Below are positions 27,311 through 36,589 of a stretch of DNA of 64,000 nt, in pieces. The DNA comes from a virus. The translations under genes and the position numbers were made by a program. Position 1 is the stretch's first letter; the number at the start of each line of letters is the position of its first letter. A model generated the notes under the pieces. The model saw nothing but the letters and a program-made list of their open reading frames with translations. It ran no database searches and was not told the origin of the DNA. Where the stretch lies: the IMG/VR virus record IMGVR_UViG_3300035666_000002, one strand, 5' to 3'.

Positions 27311-28314
27311 GATAAGTTATTGGGAAATTCTTCTATGGTTTCAATAAATCCAAAATCATCATCTGGTGTAGCACCAAAAGGATCAACTTCAGTTACTATA
27401 GACACACTTTTTATTGGATTCAAATCTATCGTATCAACAGTATATGTGGCGTTCGAAAAGTCACCTACAACAATATCATTCTCTTCTAAAGATTCAGACA
27501 TATCAGAAACAACTAAAGTTCCTATGCTGTTATTTGAGAAATAAACAACTGTTCCTGTTTTGTTTTTTGAAACTACCCGAATAGTTTCTCCTGTAGTGTA
27601 AACACCATTACCAGTATTCATATCAACATAGACTTTTTGTATATTTGTATTTCTACTGTCGGTATAAATGTTAGTGTTTGCTCTCTTTATTATCTTATCG
27701 TTACCAAAGTTAACAGGCGGAAATATATAACCTTTCATCGTGAAAGTTAAGTTCCAGATAACTAAGCGAGTTGATGACATATCTCCTTCATATTCTATTT
27801 GAGGAGAAACTGAATCTAAAGTGATAGGTAAGTCAAATTTTCTTCCCAAAGACGGAATCAAATCTGCTGTAACCGTAAAGTCAGGTGTAAAGAAAGGTAA
27901 AATCTGTTCGAGTATCTGTGTACCATCTTCTTGATTTCTTACGAAAATGCTCAAGTCGAATTCGAAATTATATGGTATCGGAGAATACTGAGAGTTTACG
28001 GAATTAGTAACAGAATTAACTGCGAAATTTTTATTCAGAGTATTCATCTTTCTAGATGAATCGTAGTTGATACCTACCAAATCGAATGCAATTCTAGGTA
28101 CATAAACATTTATTGATTTCGTCAAGTCTGGGTCGGAAAATAAACGAGTTATATATTTTTCTTTTGAACCATAAGAAAGCGGAACTCTAGTTCTCTCGAA
28201 TTCTTCCGTACCTGCTTTGTTATATCTGACTAAAGTTATATCATTGAAAAGAGTTCCGAAAGCAGTAATCATCTTTCGAATTGTTCTATTATAAAAATGT
28301 GAATTTCCTAACAT
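27307..28314 (-). CDS. gp15: Tail sheath stabiliser, with an inserted beta module
   Basis: FYNRTIRK...FGTLFNDI; VPLSYGSKEKY; PIPYN; QILEQILPFFTP. Confidence 0.95.
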   Translation of the reverse strand: MLGNSHFYNRTIRKMITAFGTLFNDITLVRYNKAGTEEFERTRVPLSYGSKEKYITRLFSDPDLTKSINVYVPRIAFDLVGINYDSSRKMNTLNKNFAVNSVTNSVNSQYSPIPYNFEFDLSIFVRNQEDGTQILEQILPFFTPDFTVTADLIPSLGRKFDLPITLDSVSPQIEYEGDMSSTRLVIWNLTFTMKGYIFPPVNFGNDKIIKRANTNIYTDSRNTNIQKVYVDMNTGNGVYTTGETIRVVSKNKTGTVVYFSNNSIGTLVVSDMSESLEENDIVVGDFSNATYTVDTIDLNPIKSVSIVTEVDPFGATPDDDFGFIETIEEFPNNLS

Positions 28315-29219
28315 TATGCCTCACCAAAAGGATTTTTCTCTGTCCAATCCAAAATAGAATCTGCTTCAGTTTCAATAATTTTATTATCTGAAATATCTTC
28401 AAATACATTTTCATCAACTTGTGTGTCGGTATCTGCAAGTAGTACACTTCTGAGTGTCGAACTTGTATTACCTTTAATTTCACCTGTATTAAAGGTGCCT
28501 TGAATTCTTATTACATTTACGTGAGTATGTGGCTCATAAGAATGAACGATAGCTTGAGCGTTCGCTGTTGCTAATGTTGTCCCTTGATAAATGATTTCAC
28601 CGGGAACAAACGATCCTGTACTTGCTGGGAACACAGAATTATTAGCTAAGAACAATCTGGTTCTACGATATTCGTCAAATGCTTGACCATCCACTTCTTC
28701 AACACCAGTTGAAATAATCTCTTCACTGAACACATATTGTTTCATCTTCAACGCATAAACATAAACATTACCTCCGCGACCTCTACCTAATGTGTAGAAC
28801 ATAGCTTGGTCGTTTTCGTGCTCAACAAAAGTAATCTCGAAAAAGTTTTGCACAAGAGGGATGTATACCAAATCACCTTCTCTAGGTCTTGTAAGTGGCA
28901 CAGTATATTTAAATCTTCTTCTTGAAACTAATAGTGTAACCTCATCTCGAATTTCTAATCCAAATTTTGAAATGAAGTCACCTTCACCGTCCATGCCTGT
29001 GACGTTTTCCATATACATCTCAAGACCATGTGCAGTTCTATATTCTTTTAATGGATCTTCACCATAAAGCATATCGACTTGATCACGACTTGTTCTAGGT
29101 AAGTAATAGACATCCATGCCATGAATCTGCATAGCTTCAATGACCAAATCTTCAACTAGTAATTGCTCACTAGTTATTTGATGTTGTGGAAAATTATTGA
29201 AATAAAAATTAGTAGGCAT
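28314..29219 (-). CDS. gp14: Neck protein, with an inserted beta module
   Basis: EQLLVEDLVIE...G.DVYYLPR; SKFGLEIRDE; RPREGDLVY.P; FEITFVEHE; NPFGE end. Confidence 0.95.
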   Translation of the reverse strand: MPTNFYFNNFPQHQITSEQLLVEDLVIEAMQIHGMDVYYLPRTSRDQVDMLYGEDPLKEYRTAHGLEMYMENVTGMDGEGDFISKFGLEIRDEVTLLVSRRRFKYTVPLTRPREGDLVYIPLVQNFFEITFVEHENDQAMFYTLGRGRGGNVYVYALKMKQYVFSEEIISTGVEEVDGQAFDEYRRTRLFLANNSVFPASTGSFVPGEIIYQGTTLATANAQAIVHSYEPHTHVNVIRIQGTFNTGEIKGNTSSTLRSVLLADTDTQVDENVFEDISDNKIIETEADSILDWTEKNPFGEA

Positions 29220-29220
29220 A

Positions 29221-30174
29221 TTAACCTATGAATATTTCGCTTGGCATGGAAAGAGTGCTCTTTGCATCTTCTTCCAGCGATTCAATTTCTTCTTTAGCTT
29301 CTTGCATAATTCTTGGACCATCAAGCGTCACACCACCAGGCATTTGAATACCTGCAAATTTACTTAGGTTTGAACCCCACTGATATTTGATTTTAGCTGT
29401 AGCATATGCTTTTAAAAATCTATCATTCCAAACATCCGGAAATCCTGTCACAGTCATTGCATTTCCGCTGGAACTTGTGGCATACGATGAGCTAACATTC
29501 AAAGAAGTGTCACTATCTATTGTTATAATTCTTTTTGATTCATTAGCAATTACGATTTCATCACCAATTGAAACTTCGGAAGTAAATGACGTTCCGCTAC
29601 CCACAACTGTATTCGAAGAAGTAGAAATCGTTGCGGTTCCAGTTAAAGTTTTATTGTCTGGTGATATGTATCTATAACATTCAATGATGATATATTCATC
29701 AGGTTTAACATCTCTCGTCCAATCTATATCAAGATACAACCTGTCCATCTTTCTATTGAATCTAATTTGAGGTGTTCCAGAGAATAAAAGATTCAAAGTT
29801 CGAATATGTTGCATTGTAATTTCATACGAAACATAGGAAACAGAGGTAAAATCGTAAAGGTCGTGTAATCTAAGTTGATATCTCAAATCAAACATATTAA
29901 CTGACGAATTCGATTGATCAAACGGCAAAATACCAACAATAAATTGTATTGCATCTGGGCAAGGAATCCACTGACGATCTATATCAGTCTGTGTCAACTT
30001 GTGTTTCAAATACATTTGCTGAGTGCCGTCATAGTGATAATCATTGAAAAATGCTAGTGCATCATCAATTCTATCTTCTACCTGATCGTCATCTACGTTA
30101 ATTTGAATAACAGGATGACCTAAACGGCGCAAGCAATAGTCTCTAAACTGCGATCTTGTTGTTATTTTTGCCAT
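29221..30174 (-). CDS. gp13: Neck protein, with an inserted beta module
   Basis: YCLRRLG.PVIQINVDDDQVEDRID; YATAKIKYQWGSNLSKF.G.Q.PGGVTLDG. Confidence 0.96.
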   Translation of the reverse strand: MAKITTRSQFRDYCLRRLGHPVIQINVDDDQVEDRIDDALAFFNDYHYDGTQQMYLKHKLTQTDIDRQWIPCPDAIQFIVGILPFDQSNSSVNMFDLRYQLRLHDLYDFTSVSYVSYEITMQHIRTLNLLFSGTPQIRFNRKMDRLYLDIDWTRDVKPDEYIIIECYRYISPDNKTLTGTATISTSSNTVVGSGTSFTSEVSIGDEIVIANESKRIITIDSDTSLNVSSSYATSSSGNAMTVTGFPDVWNDRFLKAYATAKIKYQWGSNLSKFAGIQMPGGVTLDGPRIMQEAKEEIESLEEDAKSTLSMPSEIFIG

Positions 30175-30197
30175 ATAATACCTACAGTTTTATGAGG

Positions 30198-30205
30198 TAT
30201 TTATA
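30198..30205 (-). promoter_or_regulatory. T4 late promoter TATAAATA for gp13
   Basis: Exact consensus overlapping the stop of the upstream GT gene. Confidence 0.8.
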
Positions 30206-31475
30206 TTCTCAACGGACCAGGTAATCTAGGCATACCTTCTTTTATGGCTACAAGCCAAGCGTCCGTGACGCAAACGTTAAGATTTTTCAGCCAATCATTA
30301 GGAAACCATGTTAGTTTTCTATATTCCTGAAATCGAATAGTTTTGTTTTCGATAAAATTGGCCAGATATGCGTCTGTGTAATACAAGAAACTATTCTCAT
30401 TCCAATAACTAACATGAGTGGGATCCTGAAATGCACCTCTTCCGTCTGTACTTGGAACTTGAATAAAAGCCCAACCTCCAGGAGCTAAAACTCTATGAAT
30501 CTCTTTCATTATTTCAGTTTTGTCTTTTAAATGTTCAAGAATATGACTGGCATTAATGACTCCAACAGTGTTGTCTGGAAGAGGAATGCCATTATTTAAA
30601 TCGTGAACGATGTCTGCATCCGATCTTAAATCAATTGCAACATAATTAGGATAAGGATTCAATCCTCCACCCAAATCTACACACAACAAATTCTTGTCTT
30701 TTGCATCTTTTTCAGCTAGTTTCTGTGCATACTGAGCAAACAATTCTACAGTCTTAACTTGAATCGCTTCGTTTCTTTCCAACCAAGTATTGTTTCCTGT
30801 GATTCTATAAATGTAAAGAACTTTAGGAACTCGTTTCATTTTTGTTGTTAGATATGTTCGAATACAAAGTTCATGATCGTCACAAATTGAAAGTGTTGGA
30901 TTGTGCCCTCCGAGCTTTTGATAAACTGATCTTTTCCAACTTCTAATATGATCGGGAGCATACCAAATATAACCCAGAGAATGTGAAGATGGCTCAAAAC
31001 TATCCATCGCAATTAATTGCTTGCCTTTCCAATCAAATGTTCTGTGTGTCCATCCATAACTTTGATCATAAGGAACAAATTCATCTTTCATATGAAGAAC
31101 AGCATTATCACTGTAAACAAAACCTACATCAGGTTCTTGGAAAGCAATAAACAATTCTTGTAAACAATCCGGTGTCAACAAATCATCATGATCAACTTCA
31201 ACAAGAATGTTGCCGGTACCAGAGTTAAAAGCTTTATTCTTAATTGCTCCAACTTTTGTTTCACCACTTCCATCATAAAAAACTTTTACTTTAGGATCTT
31301 TTACTATTACTTCAGGTAAAAAATCTTCTGTGCATTTATTGTTTAAGTATAGAACCCATTCCCAATCTGTGTATGTTTGTGCTTTAATTGTGTCGTACAA
31401 CTCAAGCAAAAAAGGAATATTATTAGGGTCGTGTTCAGGTGTGATAATGCTAAATTTCATAATATACTCACTCAA
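30201..31475 (-). CDS. GT2 glycosyltransferase fused to a class I SAM methyltransferase
   Basis: N-term FSIITP..QTYTDWEW..EVDHDD (DxD)..GFVYSD..DDHEL..R; C-term DLGGG...SHILEHL..EIHRVLAPGG. Confidence 0.88.
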   Translation of the reverse strand: MSEYIMKFSIITPEHDPNNIPFLLELYDTIKAQTYTDWEWVLYLNNKCTEDFLPEVIVKDPKVKVFYDGSGETKVGAIKNKAFNSGTGNILVEVDHDDLLTPDCLQELFIAFQEPDVGFVYSDNAVLHMKDEFVPYDQSYGWTHRTFDWKGKQLIAMDSFEPSSHSLGYIWYAPDHIRSWKRSVYQKLGGHNPTLSICDDHELCIRTYLTTKMKRVPKVLYIYRITGNNTWLERNEAIQVKTVELFAQYAQKLAEKDAKDKNLLCVDLGGGLNPYPNYVAIDLRSDADIVHDLNNGIPLPDNTVGVINASHILEHLKDKTEIMKEIHRVLAPGGWAFIQVPSTDGRGAFQDPTHVSYWNENSFLYYTDAYLANFIENKTIRFQEYRKLTWFPNDWLKNLNVCVTDAWLVAIKEGMPRLPGPLRI

Positions 31476-33174
31476 AGAAAAATAAATGTGTCAATCTTCC
31501 ATTTTGTTCATTTTGCCCAAAATAAGGACCAGCAGAATGAATCGCTCTCGCATCCATAATTAGAAGTCTATTGTATATATTTCCAATATTATCGACAGTA
31601 TCGAATTTGGTGCTGTCATAAAAACCATAAGAAAAGGAGTTGTCGATACCCTCTTCGGTCGAATGTCGAAGCCCGGTTATTTTCGATTTGTGCGATCTGG
31701 TACCGCTTTCTAAAGGAGCATTGGGTGTCAAGTAAATCATGCCTGCCCATCTTTGTTGATCATAATGATAAACTTGAGGATCATTTGATGTCGTTATTTG
31801 AAAAACTCCATTATAGCCATCATCCCACAAAGTAATTGTTTCACCTATAATTCTTTCAAATGTTCTCTTAATCGAATGTGGTCTATACGTATCTTTTGAT
31901 CTGAGACCTTTATACCATCTTATGTCTGCTTGATATTCAACACTTAAAGCATAATTTCGAATTTCATCAGGATTGTCATAAAAATTATCAACGACAAAAA
32001 CTTTTCTATCTAAACTTTTACGAATTGAGAAAACTGAAATATCTTTTGGTTTATTATTTTCGTATTTCTCTAATGCTCGTTGATGAATTTCTTGAACTCT
32101 TCCTGTTGAGCTGTCCCAATACATTGAAGTGTCGATGAAGTTCACATAATTGGGAAATGCATTTGTTCGTTCAGGTTGTAACATTCTTGTGGTTTGTTTA
32201 ACCATGTTTTCATAATCACCGATTTTTTCATAAAGAAGAGTTAGTGCCCAAATGTGATCATTTCTTCCTGGTGCAAACTTCTCGGAAAGATTATACGAAG
32301 CAATTGCTGCTGATGTATTATCTAACATCTGATAACAATCACCACAAAAAATTAATGAGAGATAACAAGTCTCATCAATTGGAACTTCTTTTTTATCTTT
32401 ATATAAAAAATTTACGAATTCTTGAAAATAATAAATTGCTCTCCTAGCATATTCTTTTCTTTGTGAATTTCCTAAAGGAAATGAATCACACTCTCTAGCA
32501 TCAAAATAACTTTTACCTATGTACCAAAAATGATATAGATTGGTCAACATCGTGCCATCAGATATCATTTGCTGCTCTAACGTTAAAGAATGTTTTACAA
32601 ATTTAAACGGATCGGACCAACTTTCACCTGTATTGAATCCTGTTTGTCTGAACTTAGGTGACAAATCATATCTCTGAAAATCTTTTCCGATTTCAGGTAA
32701 GTCACAATAAACAGTTTCATGACAAGGATCGTGATTGAATCTCCAAGGCATTTTTGCATTATACATCCACGCTCTATGATAGATGCTGGTGCCTTGAACT
32801 GCGGGTATATGAAAAGTATGAATATTCGTATCATCAAATACAGACCAATCGAAGTCATCATCAACTTCTAATATCTCATCACAATCCATTTTTAAAATCC
32901 AATCACACCCGTGATCGACACTTTGACAGTATTTAATTAGATGATCTCGATTCCAACCGAACCCTTTCCACCCTTCTTCACAAATATAAATTTCACCTGA
33001 AAGATTATTGTCTAATAGAAATTGTTTTGCAATTTCATCTGTTCCATCAGTTGATCCGTTGTTTTGCATAACATAATAATCAACATAAGGCAAACAAGAA
33101 TTTAACATTCTAAGAATGCTTTTAGATTCATTCTTGAACATTGTAATCATAACAATTTTTGTTTTCTTATTCAT
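31468..33174 (-). CDS. GT2-TPR glycosyltransferase fused to a 2OG-Fe(II) dioxygenase (DUF6445-like)
   Basis: MFKNES...GSTDGT...FGWNR...WILKMDCDE...HE; helical TPR-like middle; C-term VVDNFYDNPDEIR..YHYD..AGMIYLTP..NRL...HS...R.T..FFF (HxD...H...R). Confidence 0.85.
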   Translation of the reverse strand: MNKKTKIVMITMFKNESKSILRMLNSCLPYVDYYVMQNNGSTDGTDEIAKQFLLDNNLSGEIYICEEGWKGFGWNRDHLIKYCQSVDHGCDWILKMDCDEILEVDDDFDWSVFDDTNIHTFHIPAVQGTSIYHRAWMYNAKMPWRFNHDPCHETVYCDLPEIGKDFQRYDLSPKFRQTGFNTGESWSDPFKFVKHSLTLEQQMISDGTMLTNLYHFWYIGKSYFDARECDSFPLGNSQRKEYARRAIYYFQEFVNFLYKDKKEVPIDETCYLSLIFCGDCYQMLDNTSAAIASYNLSEKFAPGRNDHIWALTLLYEKIGDYENMVKQTTRMLQPERTNAFPNYVNFIDTSMYWDSSTGRVQEIHQRALEKYENNKPKDISVFSIRKSLDRKVFVVDNFYDNPDEIRNYALSVEYQADIRWYKGLRSKDTYRPHSIKRTFERIIGETITLWDDGYNGVFQITTSNDPQVYHYDQQRWAGMIYLTPNAPLESGTRSHKSKITGLRHSTEEGIDNSFSYGFYDSTKFDTVDNIGNIYNRLLIMDARAIHSAGPYFGQNEQNGRLTHLFFFE

Positions 33175-33905
33175 AATGTTCTTTCTTGTATCAACTTCAA
33201 AATTTCAGTGTTACTCTTTTGTTCTTCTGTTGGAGAATATAAAGCTCGTTTTCTCTGATTGGTATTTTCGGTAGAAGGTATTACATAATACATCGCAATG
33301 CTTTTTCGGTAGACATTTTCTGGGCATCTAATTGGTTTTGAAAATCCGTGCCAAGAATTTTGTGTGGTGTCGAACAGTAACAATCTGTTGAATTTATTTT
33401 CAATAGTCTTTACTAATTCCTTTGGTGTATTGTTGGTCTCATCATGTGACCAAAACTCCAAGTTGCCTCCCCAATTTTCATCCCAATCTTCCGAGAGATA
33501 ATAAATTAGATTTATCTTTCGCTCCATTTTTAATTTAGGGTGTAATGAATAATCTAAATGCACATTCAGTTTACCATTATTACCTTGAATGTGCCATCCA
33601 GCACCATGAAGCCCACAATCAGGAGTTAATTCATGACAAAAAGTTGAATTTCGTAAAAAATCTACGAATTGAGGAGAAATTAGATGTTGAAAAAATTGAT
33701 ATGTAGTTTCTGGAAAATGATACCAATTGTTTAATGCTTTTTTATTTTCCAAAGGATTGTCATAAACAAACCACTCTTTAGAATTATAGTCTATAAATTC
33801 GTTCGATAATTTTTTTGCTAAATCAATAGGTAAAAAATCATCTATAATAATGTGTGAAAAAGGATCATCATAAAATTGCATGTCATCTCCATTTTGGACC
33901 TTCAA
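33171..33905 (-). CDS. 2OG-Fe(II) oxygenase (prolyl hydroxylase-like)
   Basis: PFSHIIIDDFL...LHGAGWH...LNVHLD...NLIYYL..W..NWGGNLEFW...FNRLLLF...SWHG...RKS. Confidence 0.9.
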   Translation of the reverse strand: MKVQNGDDMQFYDDPFSHIIIDDFLPIDLAKKLSNEFIDYNSKEWFVYDNPLENKKALNNWYHFPETTYQFFQHLISPQFVDFLRNSTFCHELTPDCGLHGAGWHIQGNNGKLNVHLDYSLHPKLKMERKINLIYYLSEDWDENWGGNLEFWSHDETNNTPKELVKTIENKFNRLLLFDTTQNSWHGFSKPIRCPENVYRKSIAMYYVIPSTENTNQRKRALYSPTEEQKSNTEILKLIQERTL

Positions 33906-34455
33906 ACCATGCTGCTATACTATATCTAGTGCCTCTTGTAACTGGGTTTGCTTTGTGGCGAAATAGTGAAGGAAAGTAAATGAATGTTCCTTGCTGATTA
34001 ATATCTTTGTCTAATTTCGCCGAAGTTTCTGTGAGTTCAAGTTCACCACCAACATAATCGTTTGGATCGGAAAGTTGAATTACACAAGATAATTTTCTAT
34101 GATAAATTGGATCATTGTTTATCCAAAAAACATCATGATGCTCTTTATATTCACCTAGATATGTTTCATCATATTCTGCAAACTGAATAAAATCTAATTT
34201 GGTGATATGAAGATTGAAAAAATCTCGATTTGCTTCGAGTGCTGTTCTCCATAGTGCATCGAAAATATATTGATATCTCCAATCACCGGAATTTATAAAT
34301 CTAATCTTACTTCTTCGGTAATTATAATCAACACCTTCACCACCGTCTGTTCCTATATAACCATCTTGTATAGGCAAAACTTGTACTTCACTTATAATTT
34401 TCTCACACATTTCCTTGCTGAAATATGATTTAAAATAACACCATTCACCTTTCAT
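33883..34455 (-). CDS. 2OG-Fe(II) oxygenase (PKHD/P4H-type)
   Basis: QFAEY...YKEHHD...RKLS..IQLSDP.DY.GGEL...G..I.FPS...H...PVTRGTRYS..AW..GP. Confidence 0.92.
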   Translation of the reverse strand: MKGEWCYFKSYFSKEMCEKIISEVQVLPIQDGYIGTDGGEGVDYNYRRSKIRFINSGDWRYQYIFDALWRTALEANRDFFNLHITKLDFIQFAEYDETYLGEYKEHHDVFWINNDPIYHRKLSCVIQLSDPNDYVGGELELTETSAKLDKDINQQGTFIYFPSLFRHKANPVTRGTRYSIAAWFEGPKWR

Positions 34456-34468
34456 TTTATAACAATCC

Positions 34469-36583
34469 TTATGTTTTAGATTTTATATATTCTATTTGAT
34501 CCTTTTGTTCTTTTAGAGCTTGTATTAAAAGTGGAACAACTCTTTCATACATAACAGTCAAATAGTTTTCACCAGATACACTATGCCCATATTTATTAGA
34601 GTCAAATGGAGCGTTTGTGATAACTTCAGGTAAAACCTCTTGAACTTCTTGCGCTATGAATCCTACCTGCCTTTCACCTTCTTTTTTGAAACCTAGTTGC
34701 TTGGCTAATTCATTCTGTTCATAATACACACCTCGAATTCTCTCCAATCTTTCCAAACTTTTTTCAACCGGTCCTAATATATCTTTTAATCTCATATCAG
34801 AGTAACCGGCAGTAATATCTCCTGTAGCCCTAACTGTTCCTGTCGTACCAGCAGCAGTGTTCACACCAAGTGCTGCAACTTGATTTGGTGGTACAGCGGG
34901 AGGTCCTTGAAAACCTTGTCTGCCTTGAAATCCAGAAGTTGTGCTTTGTGGTCCTTGAGGACCTTGAGCACCTTGTCTACCTTGAAATCCTGGTACTCCA
35001 AAAATATTCTGTGGACCTAGAGGTCCTTGTCTACCTTGAAATCCTGATGTGGTTGCTTGAGCACCTTGAGGTCCTTGAACTCCTTGGCGACCTTGGAATC
35101 CTACAGTTGTTCCTTGAACACCAGTTGCACCTTGAACTCCTTGGTGACCTTGGAATCCTGCTGTGGGTCCTTGTGCGCCTTGAGGTCCTTGGAATCCTTG
35201 TCTACCCTGAAATCCAGATGTTGGTCCTTGAGCACCTTGAGGCCCTTGAACTCCTTGGCGACCTTGGAACCCTGCTGTTGGTCCTTGAGCACCAGTTGCT
35301 CCTTGAACTCCTTGGTGACCTTGGAATCCTGCTGTGGGTCCTTGTGCGCCTTGGAATCCTTGTCGACCTTGGAATCCTTGTGCACCTGCTGTAGGTCCTT
35401 GAGCACCTTGAGGTCCTTGAAAACCAGAAGGTCCCTGAGCACCAGTTGTTGGTCCTTGAGCACCTTGGAATCCTTGTCGACCTTGGAATCCTTGAGCACC
35501 TGCTGTTGGTCCTTGAGCACCTTGCGGTCCTTGAAAACCAGAAGGTCCTTGAGCACCAGTTGTTGGTCCTTGAGCACCTTGAGGACCTTGGAATCCTTGT
35601 CTACCTTGGAATCCAGATGTTGGTCCTTGAGCACCAGTTGCTCCTTGAACTCCTTGGTGACCTTGGAATCCAGATGTTGGTCCTTGAGCACCTTGAGGTC
35701 CTTGGAATCCTTGGCGACCTTGGAATCCTACAGTTGTTCCTTGAACACCAGTTGCTCCTTGAACACCTTGGCGTCCTTGAAACCCTGCTGTTGGTCCTTG
35801 AGCGCCTTGCGGACCTTGAACTCCTTGAAATCCTTGAAACCCTGCTGTTGGTCCTTGAGCGCCTTGCGGACCTTGAACTCCTTGGCGACCTTGGAATCCT
35901 ACAGTTGTTCCTTGAACTCCTTGAGGACCTTGAACTCCTTGAGTGCCTTGAAAACCTGAAGTTACTCCTTGAGGTCCTTGAAAACCTTGTCTGCCTTGAG
36001 CACCTTGAAAGCCGAAAACAGAACTTTGTGCACCTTGAGGACCTTGAGGTCCTTGAACTCCTTGGAATCCAGATGTAGGTCCTTGAGCACCAGTTGCTCC
36101 TTGGACTCCTTGGGCACCTTGGAATCCCGCTGTGGGTCCTTGAGCACCTTGCGGTCCTTGGACTCCTTGGCGCCCTTGGAATCCTGCTGTTGGTCCTTGA
36201 GCACCTTGAGGTCCTTGAGCACCTTGAATGCCTTGAGCACCTGGTGCTCCAGTAGGACCAGAAACTCCTTGAAAACCCTGAGCGCCTTGAGCACCTGCAA
36301 CAGTGCTTTGTGCACCTTGAGGTCCTTGAGCACCTTGAATGCCTTGAGCACCTGGTGCTCCAGTAGGACCAGAAACTCCTTGAACTCCTTGAGCACCTTG
36401 AAATCCTGATGGACCTTGAACGCCTTGAAAACCTACAGCACCTTGCACTCCTTGAAAACCTTGCGGACCTTGAGGTCCTCTTATGTTTTGTGTGTCGCCT
36501 ATCCAAACACCATTAGCTGCAATAACACCATGTGTTTCAATTGTCAATCCATTTTTTACAACAAATGTATTTGCAGTAGCCAA
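34469..36583 (-). CDS. Collagen-like fibre A with C-terminal intramolecular chaperone (peptidase S74-like)
   Basis: TTG start; N-term FVVKNGL; about 530 aa Gly-X-Y with periodic one-residue insertions; GYSDMRLK...GFIAQEVQEVLPE...YERVVPLLIQALKE. Confidence 0.9.
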   Translation of the reverse strand: MATANTFVVKNGLTIETHGVIAANGVWIGDTQNIRGPQGPQGFQGVQGAVGFQGVQGPSGFQGAQGVQGVSGPTGAPGAQGIQGAQGPQGAQSTVAGAQGAQGFQGVSGPTGAPGAQGIQGAQGPQGAQGPTAGFQGRQGVQGPQGAQGPTAGFQGAQGVQGATGAQGPTSGFQGVQGPQGPQGAQSSVFGFQGAQGRQGFQGPQGVTSGFQGTQGVQGPQGVQGTTVGFQGRQGVQGPQGAQGPTAGFQGFQGVQGPQGAQGPTAGFQGRQGVQGATGVQGTTVGFQGRQGFQGPQGAQGPTSGFQGHQGVQGATGAQGPTSGFQGRQGFQGPQGAQGPTTGAQGPSGFQGPQGAQGPTAGAQGFQGRQGFQGAQGPTTGAQGPSGFQGPQGAQGPTAGAQGFQGRQGFQGAQGPTAGFQGHQGVQGATGAQGPTAGFQGRQGVQGPQGAQGPTSGFQGRQGFQGPQGAQGPTAGFQGHQGVQGATGVQGTTVGFQGRQGVQGPQGAQATTSGFQGRQGPLGPQNIFGVPGFQGRQGAQGPQGPQSTTSGFQGRQGFQGPPAVPPNQVAALGVNTAAGTTGTVRATGDITAGYSDMRLKDILGPVEKSLERLERIRGVYYEQNELAKQLGFKKEGERQVGFIAQEVQEVLPEVITNAPFDSNKYGHSVSGENYLTVMYERVVPLLIQALKEQKDQIEYIKSKT
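34900..36480 (-). repeat. Collagen repeat, dominant 57 nt (19 aa) unit
   Basis: GAQ-GPTA-GFQ-GRQ-GVQ-GPQ type units; boundaries approximate. Confidence 0.85.
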
Positions 36584-36589
36584 AGTTTA

